From contig OZ242365.1 of NCBI GenBank assembly GCA_965208905.1, forward strand, positions 736,001 to 800,000: a stretch of DNA of 64,000 nucleotides, in the 5' to 3' direction. Positions 50,475 through 60,224 of the stretch are shown here, one piece after another; positions within the stretch are counted from its first letter, which is position 1, and every line of letters starts with the position of its first letter. The notes under the pieces are model-generated. The model was not told the DNA's origin, ran no database searches, and worked only from the letters and a program-made list of their open reading frames with translations. The position numbers and the translations under genes are program-made. This stretch comes from Nitrosopumilaceae archaeon. GTDB taxonomy: Archaea > Thermoproteota > Nitrososphaeria > Nitrososphaerales > Nitrosopumilaceae.

Positions 50475-52137
50475 GTACTCTGCAAAAAGATCCGATATTT
50501 TTCGGTGCCCGACGATAACAGAATTTCTTGCCAGAAGGGATTGGTTTGGGCCGCCCTTCTGCGTGGCAGTCGGCGCCCTACTCAATACGATGTCGGGTGC
50601 AGGGCCGTTGCGGACGGGTCTTGGCATGTTACAACTCAACTTGACATGAATGTAAAATTAGTTTGACATTGCCACGTTTAAACTAGAAGTGTGCCACCGG
50701 TAGTATGTACAAAACCAGTGTAGCACAAAAGGAAACCACAGAAACAGTATTTAACCCTACAGCACCCCGCAGAACCACAGCCAGGGGCAGCGAGCGCCTT
50801 CTGAAGGGTGATGACTTTATGCCCGACTATAAAATCGAGGTAATGGAGGTGTACGTACAGGGCCTCAGGGAGGGCAAGGAGCGAAGCGTTGGGACCGCGT
50901 GCATCAAGAGTAAGCAGAACAAGACCATGAGGACCATATCACAGGAGATGCTCCAGCCACCCGGTACGATTCGAGGCTGGCTGGCCAGGGGGCGGGATCG
51001 GGGCCTGCATGGTTTGGCAGACAAAAAGTCGCCGGGCCGGCCACCCATGATATGCGGCAGGGTTGATGAAACCATTCGGGAATGGCTGTCCAAATCCCCC
51101 GGCGACTTTGGGTTCGAGAGGAAGAGGTGGCAGCTGAACATGCTGCAAAAGAAGCTCAGCAATATGGGAATCAAGTGTAGCAACAGCACTGCAAGGAGGG
51201 CCATGCGCCGCGTCAGGTTCTCCTTCCGCAAGTCACGGCCGGTCCCATACAAGTCTGCATCCATGGAAGAGCAAAAAAGTTCAAGGAGGAAAAGTCAATC
51301 GTACTAAGAAATCTTGCCATACTCGGATATGTGATAATGGCACTTGATGAGGCAACATGCATGATAGGCGGTTGGAACGGCTACTCGTGGCTGCCCAAAG
51401 GCGGACGTGAGACCTCTCCTGTATCATGGTCAAAAAAATCAGTACGCCTGATAGGCGTGCTGGCAGACGGTTGGTTTCGTATTGCAATAATTGATGCCAC
51501 CAACTCTAAAACACTCAAGAACTTTCTGGATACCATAAAGGCAGGTATCGGCAAGGCGGCCATAATAATGGACAACGCATCATACCACAAATCAGAAAAG
51601 ACAGACGAATATCTGAACGGCTCTGATGGAATGTTTGAGTGCATCTTCCTTCCGGCGTACACGCCCCAGCTTAACCCAATCGAGGTGCTGTGGCGCGATC
51701 TCAAGCGCGCGCTGGCAGGCAGATACTTTGAATCTATAGACGACCTAAAGAAAGCCATCACAGATATAGTAAACAGTGGCGAGTTGCAGCCCCCCAAACT
51801 GTTCGGCTATATGCTACCAGATGGCATCCCACCCCCCAAACCCGTACCCTGCACCATACTGGACCTAACAACTCCGGAATCCAAGACCGAAACTGCCGCC
51901 GCCTGAGCGGGCCGTATAGTGCTGTCATGCCACGCACATGTTACCTGCACATCTTGCAGCCGGCCAGTATCGTGTTGATACTCCACTGCTCCCGACTTTA
52001 TACATACAGCCTGTCCTGTAATGGTTTGACTGGATAATGTGGTCCAGATAGCCCGATACCTGCCCGAATTCGGCCCTAATGGCACGATATTTTTGAATCA
52101 ATAAGATCGAAAAATATCGGATCTATCCACAAACGAC
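50475..52137 (+). mobile_element. IS630-family insertion sequence
   Basis: TA on both flanks (50473-50474, 52138-52139); inverted AGATCCGATATTTTTCG 13 bp in from each end; HTH orfA (50705-51307) and DDE orfB in the -1 frame (to 51906; ALDEA, IMDNASYH, LNPIE). Confidence 0.92.
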
Positions 52138-52392
52138 TATGCTCATATGCAAACATATTATCAATATGCCATTACATCTAATGGTACCTAAAATCCATTA
52201 TACCTTACTCATCTTGACAGAGTTCTACAAGCGCTATGCGAACTATATTGCATTTTACTAAAAAAAGTCATAATCTGTTTGCCAGGCACATCATGCATTT
52301 TACCTTTAGGGTTTAGAGCGATTTTGGAGCATCTCTAAACAGACAAGATTTCCCGCAACAACGTAAATAACAATCCTGCCCTTATACACAGT

Positions 52393-52911
52393 ATGGATAC
52401 CTTTGATGGCATCTTGCTACTGTTGTACTGTAAGGGAGATGCCCACATAGGGAGAATAGCACTACAAAAGTTGGTATATGTCGCAGGCCACAAAATTCCC
52501 ACATTGGAGATCCCACCATACAAACTACAGTATTATGGGCCGTTCAGCGAGAAACTGGGTCGTATATTGGAGAGGTTGGTCTCAACATCATTTGTAACTG
52601 AGAATATGACACCTGGCGGTCACTATGAATCATATGATTACTCTTTGAATGATGACGGAGTCGATATATCTAATGATCTAAAGAGCAAGCCTGAATATAT
52701 GACAATACAGTCATTTATGGATGTCTGTCAGAAGACATGCAACTTTGATGTGGCCGCCCTCTCATATGCCTCAAAGATACTATACTTGATGGCTGACCGC
52801 TCTTATGATGATGCTGTAATTGATGCTAAAAAGTCTGATTGGGGGTTGTATAGGGGTAATATCAAGACGGGCATAAAGACACTACAGCGATTAAACTTGG
52901 TGAAGCATTAG
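52393..52911 (+). CDS. YwgA/Panacea(SocA)-like protein
   Basis: GRIALQKLVY...YYGPFS motif; one base separates it from the HD gene. Confidence 0.7.
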   Translation: MDTFDGILLLLYCKGDAHIGRIALQKLVYVAGHKIPTLEIPPYKLQYYGPFSEKLGRILERLVSTSFVTENMTPGGHYESYDYSLNDDGVDISNDLKSKPEYMTIQSFMDVCQKTCNFDVAALSYASKILYLMADRSYDDAVIDAKKSDWGLYRGNIKTGIKTLQRLNLVKH

Positions 52912-52912
52912 T

Positions 52913-54172
52913 TTGACCTACAAGTCTGTCCATGATCCACTGTATGGCTTTATAGATTTGAGCGAGCTTGAGATTCGTGTAATTGATTCGGCGGTATTTC
53001 GACGCCTACACCGAATAAAACAGTTGGCTCAGGCCAGTGCCGTATATCCGTCGGCCAGCCATGCTAGATTTGAACATTCATTGGGAGTATGTCATTTGGC
53101 AGGTCGCATGGCGAAACATCTCGAATTTGATGATAAAATGATACGAGCCGTTCGTTTAGCCGCATTATTACATGATGTGGGCCATGGCCCATTCTCTCAC
53201 ATCTTTGAGCCTGTACTGTCTAGTATCAACCATCAGGAGATAAGTCACGAGGAAATATCTCAGATGATGATAACAAAAGACCCCGAACTGTCTGGCATTC
53301 TAGGAGAGTTGGCGCCCCAAGTGGCCAGCATTCTTGCTCATAAACCTGTCCCTGGCTGGACACTTCAGAAGAGTATGCTGGCCGCTGATGTGATATCTGG
53401 CCCTTTGGATGTCGACCGCATGGACTATCTGCGCCGGGACTCGTACCATCTGGGAGTGGATTATGGTCACTTTGATCTTGATCAACTACTACATACGATA
53501 ACCACCACCAAAGATACCGGCGAGAGATGGGTGGCCGTAAACATCAAAGGGTGGGGAGCAATTGAACAGTACCGACTGGGCCGTTACCTAATGCATGCGC
53601 AGGTATACCAACATCATACCATAGTGATAGCCAACAGAATGTGTATGGACTCTATGCTGCGCGCCGTGGGTAGCGTGATAGATCCTGATGAGTTATTGGT
53701 CGGTTCACCAAACTTTTTGGAAAATTATACAAAACTAGATGACCAATCACTGAGTGACAGAATACTGTCATCGAATGGTGTAGCAGCAAAGATAATGGGC
53801 CGTCTACGGCGCCGCGACCTACTAAAACGTGTCTGTGAAATCTATCCTGGTAGTGACATACCAGACCCTAAAGCCCGCCTGAAGATGGCAAAGATGAATC
53901 ATACCACACAACAGAAGGTTGCCTCGGAGATTGCCCACACACTACATCTGGCCGAACATGATATAGTGGTGCATACCTCTCATATACCAGTACACCACAT
54001 CGAAGATCAAATTCTTGTAATACGCGATGGTGTACCCAGACACCTGAACGACTCCTCACCTATAATATCAAGTCATTCACCCATAGACAAATTTTACATA
54101 TTTGGTCCCGACAACAATAGAGTTCGAGATACAGTACGTGACTACATGTGTAGTGAATTTGGCATATTATGA
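52913..54172 (+). CDS. HD-domain phosphohydrolase, SAMHD1/YwfO-like dNTP triphosphohydrolase
   Basis: DPLYG, RLHRIKQL, HARFEHSLG, LLHDVGHGPFSH, DVDRMDYLRRD, VYQH. Confidence 0.9.
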   Translation: MTYKSVHDPLYGFIDLSELEIRVIDSAVFRRLHRIKQLAQASAVYPSASHARFEHSLGVCHLAGRMAKHLEFDDKMIRAVRLAALLHDVGHGPFSHIFEPVLSSINHQEISHEEISQMMITKDPELSGILGELAPQVASILAHKPVPGWTLQKSMLAADVISGPLDVDRMDYLRRDSYHLGVDYGHFDLDQLLHTITTTKDTGERWVAVNIKGWGAIEQYRLGRYLMHAQVYQHHTIVIANRMCMDSMLRAVGSVIDPDELLVGSPNFLENYTKLDDQSLSDRILSSNGVAAKIMGRLRRRDLLKRVCEIYPGSDIPDPKARLKMAKMNHTTQQKVASEIAHTLHLAEHDIVVHTSHIPVHHIEDQILVIRDGVPRHLNDSSPIISSHSPIDKFYIFGPDNNRVRDTVRDYMCSEFGIL

Positions 54173-55117
54173 TATAGGTTTGTTGGATGTCAGTTCCGCG
54201 AGCATAGCAGACAACTGTATCTCAGAGTTGGCACCAGATAATATACGATAGTCATATTCGGCTATTATGCGCACCACCCAAGCGGGATCTATGCGCTCCA
54301 TCTTGAATGCTGCGGCGGTTATATACTTTAAAAAGTCTGACTCGGACATTCCGTACACTTTTATCAGCTCGACAGTCTTTTGCCGTGCCTCTGTAAACTT
54401 GCCGTCTATGGCCATCTGTAGTATACGATCAACGTCGGTAACCTTTGCTAGTCCGGCCATGGCCCGTACACTATCTGCAGTCACACTAGAATCAGTCACA
54501 GACGCCTGCATTAGATTTATGGAGTGTCTCATGTCTCCACCAGAGTAGTCGTATATCATATCTAGGGCATTATCATCTATGGATGCGCCCTCGGATTTGG
54601 CTATCTGTCGTAGCTTACCTGTCATATCTTCTTTGGATATGGATGTAAATCTAAAGTTGGCGCATCTAGACTGTATGGGTTCTATTATCTTTGATACATT
54701 ATTGGCTATTATGATGAATCTACAATACTCGGCGGCATCCTCAATTATGCGGCGCAAGGCAGTCTGCGCACCTGATGTCATCTCGTCGGCTTCATCTAGT
54801 ATTATTATCTTAAAGGGTATGTCTCCCATCCCTGCATATCTGGAGAATCGTTTTACCTTTTCCCGTACCATATCTATGCCCCTCTCATCTGAAGCATTCA
54901 ACTCTAGCGTGTAGTTGGAACGGTTATCCCCTAGTATGTGTCGCGCTATACACAGGGCAGTTGTAGTCTTGCCAACACCTGCAGAACCCGAGAAGAGTAG
55001 ATGCGGCATCTGTGATACATTCTCTAAAAGACTCTGTATACTGTTTATGGTACCCTTCTGCCCTACAACATCTGAGAGCTCTGTAGGTCGATATTTTTTA
55101 ACCCACATGTTATCCAT
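54167..55117 (-). CDS. rfcS: Replication factor C small subunit
   Basis: WVKKYRP, GSAGVGKTT, ELNASDERG, LDEAD, QSRC. Confidence 0.95.
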   Translation of the reverse strand: MDNMWVKKYRPTELSDVVGQKGTINSIQSLLENVSQMPHLLFSGSAGVGKTTTALCIARHILGDNRSNYTLELNASDERGIDMVREKVKRFSRYAGMGDIPFKIIILDEADEMTSGAQTALRRIIEDAAEYCRFIIIANNVSKIIEPIQSRCANFRFTSISKEDMTGKLRQIAKSEGASIDDNALDMIYDYSGGDMRHSINLMQASVTDSSVTADSVRAMAGLAKVTDVDRILQMAIDGKFTEARQKTVELIKVYGMSESDFLKYITAAAFKMERIDPAWVVRIIAEYDYRILSGANSEIQLSAMLAELTSNKPIS

Positions 55118-55200
55118 ACTGTATCAAATTTAGCTCCCATACTAATACTCTCCTAAACATAGAGGTGAATTTAATACTACTATACATTACACGTGTATAC

Positions 55201-55623
55201 ATGCCATACAGGTTCCTTGATCACTCCAGCGATGCACTAGTTGAGGTTCGTCACACTGATATGCGAGGTGCGCTGACTGATGCCGCCTTATCTACAATAG
55301 ATATAATGCTGGATAGAGATGCAATTCAAAACAAGACAGTGCGCCACTTTGATATAAAAGATGATGCAGTACATCGTTTATTGTATCAGTGGTTGGATGA
55401 TATTATATTTGTGACACTCGCCGATAACTTTGCCATCAAAGAGATCACTGTGGATGAATTTGATGACTCTGATCATATAATAATGAAGGCTAGGGCATTT
55501 GGTGAACCATTAGATCTGTCCAAACATAGATTCCGAGTCGAGGTGAAGGCTCCCACATATCATGAGATGAAGATTAACTGTGACAAGAATGGTATAGTAT
55601 TGCAGTTCTTGTTGGATTTATAA
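55201..55623 (+). CDS. Archease
   Basis: YRFLDHSSD, EVKAPTYH and C-terminal LDL. Confidence 0.9.
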   Translation: MPYRFLDHSSDALVEVRHTDMRGALTDAALSTIDIMLDRDAIQNKTVRHFDIKDDAVHRLLYQWLDDIIFVTLADNFAIKEITVDEFDDSDHIIMKARAFGEPLDLSKHRFRVEVKAPTYHEMKINCDKNGIVLQFLLDL

Positions 55624-55645
55624 GAGAATTATATGGGGATTATAT

Positions 55646-57033
55646 GAGGTTGGTGCGTAATTCAATATTGGGATGAAAAGATACGACACTAGTTGCTTTC
55701 TTATCAATCATAAAATCATGTCTAGTTGGTCTTGTAAGGTGTTCCAGGGGGGGGGGGGTAGGCGACGGGAGAGTGTTGAGTCTTGCACATGCGCTTCAAT
55801 GCACGCCTATATAATGGGAGCATGCACCTAGTTGGCTCGCACAACAGTACTAGGTCAGGCACACTCTACATGTACCGAGCGACCATAGGAGGGTATTGGT
55901 ATGCCCAGTTTTTTGGCGCACTCAAACCTGTTGAGGACACGTATGTTCCAGGCGATTGCCCTGCCCTTGCCGAATCGACGCCTGTTGTCTTTACGAATGA
56001 ACCTGCAGCACAGCTGATGCTGCCTAGTCTCCTCTGCGCCAAATATGCCCTCTATAAGGGACCTCAGCGGGTATTCGGCGCGGTTAAATATACCTGCGGC
56101 CTTCTTCCTACTTGGCTTGTCCTCGCTGACGGCGCCCATACGTTGCTTGATGTTGGGCATCATGTTCATGCAGAATACCTCTTCAAAATTGTAATCCGCA
56201 TCGTATCGTGGGTGTTTCGCTTTTTGAAGTTGATCGTGCGTAAAAACGTTGACATATGTACTAAATGAAAAATAAGGGTTTTTGTTACCAATGATTGGTG
56301 TTTGAGACGATTTTTTTGACATTAAATAACAATCATTGGTTGTTTATGGTACTTCAAAAAGCAAAACAGTTACATCGTATCCACGATCCGCATTAAACGT
56401 ATTCCCCTTAAAATCAAACCCGTGATTTTTGTACCGGGTGGTCTCCACACCGCTGCTGTCTGCCGCCAGCGGCCCGCTCGCCCCGTCTGCGGCCCTGATG
56501 CAGCGGCGGGCCGTCTCTGCCAATATATAATCCATCTAGTCTTCGGGTATGGTGTATAGATGTCTGCACAGCCAGCTGTGGTCCGGAGCGGGTTCATCGC
56601 TCCACGGCGTATTCATGGTGCGCAAATCTGATTCCGCATTGCGGCAGGTGTCGTTGCTGGCCATCATGTATAGACAGGCAAAGTCCATCTTATCCTTGGA
56701 GTGTATGGGCGGACGACCTCTTGTTGGTTTTGTGCGCGGACAGGGGTTCTTTGTGATTACGTCAATCAACGTTTTTTGGAGGTGGACTGTCTCAACGGTC
56801 TTTGCCAGTTCATAATACTGCCAGTACCCTTCGCGCCTAGTATGTTGGCTTATACATGTGTATGGGGATGCCGATCTTTAAAACTTTCCTACGATCAAAA
56901 GTGTATACAAACGATCAAACGCCCTAAATTTAGCCGGGCGCGATATGCCGTGCGGCCATACAAGGTTGTTGGCACAAGAGTTCATACATTACACATCTTA
57001 AGGCATACCTGACTCGAATTACGCACCAACCTC
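55646..57033 (-). mobile_element. TIR-bounded region containing a degraded IS5-like transposase
   Basis: Perfect 18-bp inverted repeat GAGGTTGGTGCGTAATTC (55646-55663 and 57016-57033). Transposase pieces GRPP, AADSSG, ADRGYD, RSLIEGIFG, with a TAG stop at 56536 and an apparent internal deletion. G12 run at 55747-55758. No TSD seen. Confidence 0.8.
56208..56373. mobile_element. 166-bp MITE
   Basis: 23-bp imperfect TIR GTnnnTGTTTyGCTTTTTGAAGT; 8-bp TSD ATCGTATC (56200-56207, 56374-56381); removing it restores ADRGYDADY in the transposase. Confidence 0.9.
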
Positions 57034-57446
57034 TCTCATACCACAACTTTTTCAGGGAGCACAAGGGTCTGAAGAACAACATGACCCCCGTAGAAGCAAT
57101 CGTAATAGACATTATATCGGTACCAGACTCGGACTTGGCACCTGATTGTGACAAGTGGATCACTTTCATTCAGAATGCGGCCATCCACGCCATGGCCTGA
57201 CTGACATACCCGCAACCCGTCCGGATTTATCCGTATGATGTCACGCGCGTACTCAAGATTATACCCGTATGCGTACCACACTACTACTGCACTACGTGAC
57301 ACTGCAAAGTACATGGCGTTGTTATACAGATTTAGACTCTTGCTATGCAGATTCTTACAACATATTCATATGAACATTCATCAACCGCGTTTGCAAGAGA
57401 ACCAATTATTCAATTGTTTATAAACAAATAAAAAAAAAAAATAAAT

Positions 57447-57935
57447 TTATTTTCTGAGAATCTTGTTGTTCTCTTTCAGTATGGTATTATTCTCGGTTAA
57501 CATGCCGTTGTTCTCTTTCAGTATGGTATTATTCTCTTTCAACATGCCGTTGTTCTCGGTTAGTGTACTGCGGTTCCCTTTCAGTATGGTATTATTCTCG
57601 GTTAACATGCCGTTGTTCTCTTTCAGTATGGTATTATTCTCTTTCAACATGCCGTTGTTCTCGGTTAGTGTACTGCGGTTCCCCGCTAGTATTCCGTTGT
57701 TCTCTTTTAGTATTCCGTTGTTCTCTTTTAGTATTCCGTTGTTCTCGGTTAGTGTACTGCGGTTCCCTTTCAGTATGGTATTATTCTCGGTTAACATGCC
57801 GTTGTTCTCTTTCAGTATGGTATTATTCTCTTTCAACATGCCGTTGTTCTCGGTTAGTGTACTGCGGTTCCCTTTCAGTATATCATTATTTTCTTTAAGC
57901 AAAGCAAGGATCTCTGCTAATGCATTTTCAGACAT
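57447..57935 (-). CDS. Heptad-repeat coiled-coil protein
   Basis: 21 tandem heptads L-[KTA]-[EG]-N-[NR]-x-[IMT] encoded by 21-bp repeats; poly-T tract after the stop. Confidence 0.8.
   Translation of the reverse strand: MSENALAEILALLKENNDILKGNRSTLTENNGMLKENNTILKENNGMLTENNTILKGNRSTLTENNGILKENNGILKENNGILAGNRSTLTENNGMLKENNTILKENNGMLTENNTILKGNRSTLTENNGMLKENNTILKENNGMLTENNTILKENNKILRK
57455..57900. repeat. 21-bp tandem repeat array with a 105-bp higher-order unit
   Basis: Block (K/A)GNRST-LTENNGM-LKENNTI-LKENNGM-LTENNTI occurs three times with near-identical DNA. Confidence 0.9.
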
Positions 57936-57986
57936 TGAATGATAATTACAGTATCAATATATATACTATTGTTATACGTAAAGGGT

Positions 57987-59189
57987 ATGGCAAATGAGGA
58001 AAGCCAGGATGACAGTAAAATACAGCCTGAACAAGGATCCGAGCTGGTAGATACAGATGCTGATGATGACTCAGCCGAGAATGGAGACTCATATGAACCA
58101 CCACGTCTAACCACAGGGTTGTTTAACATAGTCGACACAGTGCGAACGCTAAGCAATGTAGGTGTCGCAAAGACGAAGGTTAATCCGGCTCAGGGATTAC
58201 TTCTGGGATGGCAGTCTGCCACGTATTTGGGCTTTGCTGCGTTCCTGGCGTGGATGATAATGTCCGCAATTGCCCCAGATATATCAGTAGGATTGGCCAA
58301 GTTTGCTGTATTCATAACATTTGGCGCCTCGGCACTCGTTCTAGTGATATTATATGGAACAAATTTAGTAACAGGCGACTACATGACCTCGGGAATATCC
58401 CTGATGACCAAGCAGGCCCGATGGCGAGAAGTGCTTTGGGAGTGGTCGATAGCCCACGCCGGGCATTGGATATCTGGATTCACCATCTCGTGGATGATAA
58501 TAATTGGGGCCGACCAAGTTGGTGGATTGGGTTCTGCGCTAACTACAATGCTTGCCGATGTGGGCAATACCAAGGTGAATGACCTATCTTGGGATCAGCT
58601 CTTCTACCGCGGTATATTTGCCAACTTGTTGATTGCTATGGGTGTGTGGGGCGCCTACAGGACAAAAGAGACGATAGCCAAGATCTTTTTAATTGGTATT
58701 CCGGTGGGAGTCTTCTTTGCTATTGGGTTTGAACATAGTATAGTGAATCACTTTGCTCTGGCGGCCGGCATCTGGGCCGGTGGCGACTATACTTGGGGCG
58801 AGGCGTGGTTCAAGAACCTTGTTCCTGTCACACTAGGGAACATAATAGGTGCGATGATCTTTCAAGGCATGGTTTATTGGTATATCAGTGGGATGCAGAG
58901 GTGGGTTGGGCCCGGAAGATGGAGGGTACCGCACGGAACATACAGGGACTTGGCGCGCGCAATCAGGGATACTGGCACCCTCATGTTATTCTTCGTAGGC
59001 ATGGCCCCGTTGATGGCGGGGTCAATATTCGTCTTTGGTGTGGAGCCGTTAATGGGTGTGGTCCCCGGCACCAATAACCAAAACTGGGTAGAGCCAATTG
59101 GAATTGCGGTTTATTTGGTGGTTACTGCGCTAATCATAAAGTGGGCTTTCATGCCACGTAAACCATGGCACAAAATACCAGATTCATAG
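57987..59189 (+). CDS. Formate/nitrite transporter (FNT) family channel with C-terminal extension
   Basis: NLVTGD, RGIFANLLI, GFEHSIVN, NLVPVTLGNIIGA motifs; two extra hydrophobic helices after the core. Confidence 0.9.
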   Translation: MANEESQDDSKIQPEQGSELVDTDADDDSAENGDSYEPPRLTTGLFNIVDTVRTLSNVGVAKTKVNPAQGLLLGWQSATYLGFAAFLAWMIMSAIAPDISVGLAKFAVFITFGASALVLVILYGTNLVTGDYMTSGISLMTKQARWREVLWEWSIAHAGHWISGFTISWMIIIGADQVGGLGSALTTMLADVGNTKVNDLSWDQLFYRGIFANLLIAMGVWGAYRTKETIAKIFLIGIPVGVFFAIGFEHSIVNHFALAAGIWAGGDYTWGEAWFKNLVPVTLGNIIGAMIFQGMVYWYISGMQRWVGPGRWRVPHGTYRDLARAIRDTGTLMLFFVGMAPLMAGSIFVFGVEPLMGVVPGTNNQNWVEPIGIAVYLVVTALIIKWAFMPRKPWHKIPDS

Positions 59190-59831
59190 GAAGAATCTAC
59201 ACATGATGCTACGTGACCTCTGCACCATACAACTCCTAGCTGCCCAGCGTTACTATAATATTCTTGCTTAGAATCACTACAATAACCACCCAGCAAACTA
59301 CTGCAACCACACCTGCACCACTGCGCGGAGCCCAGCAGAGCTGCCATGGTGTGGTTTGGCGGCCGGTATCTACCCGTAGTGATTTGAAAAAGGATCCGTA
59401 TAAAAATTATTGAATTAAGATCGTTTATATGTTCTGTGTCGTTTGACATGGTATTACAAACTTGTAGAATAAATCGAAACGTTTAGACCCTCCATCCCCC
59501 GGACCCTAATGCCAAAGACAATGAAGGTAAAGCAGGGGTCAGACTATCTGCAGTGAATTACACCAAAACGACGTGAACAGTTACGTCGTTGGGATGTATG
59601 GCCGGGTGTACAAATTACGAGTATGTCCCACTTATGGAAGGATTCGGTATACGTGTCCCACACCCACATGTCCGGCGACATGAATAACAACTAGTTTAAC
59701 AGCCCAACCCCTCCCCCCATAACTTACCACCTTCGTATTTTATGCCTGGGCCCCAAAATAGAGGAATTATGTTACAATGTTCATTCATGTATATAATTCC
59801 CATTTATAACCATACATGTGATATACTTGTC

Positions 59832-60224
59832 ATGGATGCTGACCCAGAGATAGCGCGAATTATGGCTAAAAAGATGCGAGATAGAATGTTTAACACTACG
59901 CGCACAATTATGGATGCTACCGACAACACACTGGATAAAATACTAGACACAAACAGTTTGGTCTTACTGGACTTTTGGGCGGAGTGGTGTGGACCTTGCC
60001 GAGCCCTCCATCCTGTATTTCAGACTGTTGCTGGCGAGTATAACACCATACAGTTTGCTCGATTAAACATTGACCAAAACCCTATCATGCCCGCCAAGTA
60101 TGCTGTTCAGGCCATACCCACTCTTATACTGTTTCACAAAGGCCGACCCATCCATCGAATGACCGGCATGGTGGGCGCGTCTGGCATACGTGATGTATGT
60201 AAAAAGTTCGATCAGTACGCGTAA
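59832..60224 (+). CDS. trxA: Thioredoxin
   Basis: DFWAEWCGPC and AIPT motifs. Confidence 0.92.
   Translation: MDADPEIARIMAKKMRDRMFNTTRTIMDATDNTLDKILDTNSLVLLDFWAEWCGPCRALHPVFQTVAGEYNTIQFARLNIDQNPIMPAKYAVQAIPTLILFHKGRPIHRMTGMVGASGIRDVCKKFDQYA

Noticed and set aside
55855-56322. 155-aa ORF as an independent gene
   Set aside because: It is a chimera of MITE sequence and the transposase C-terminus.
57463-57942. Plus-strand repetitive ORFs and a possible CRISPR-like array
   Set aside because: These are antisense shadows of the 21-bp coding repeat; there are no unique spacers and no cas genes.
59460-59720. Hairpin AACGACGT..ACGTCGTT, a short RVYKLRVCPT peptide and an IS-end-like GGGCTGTTAAACTAG
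   Set aside because: Each signal is too short; no partner repeat or ORF supports a call.
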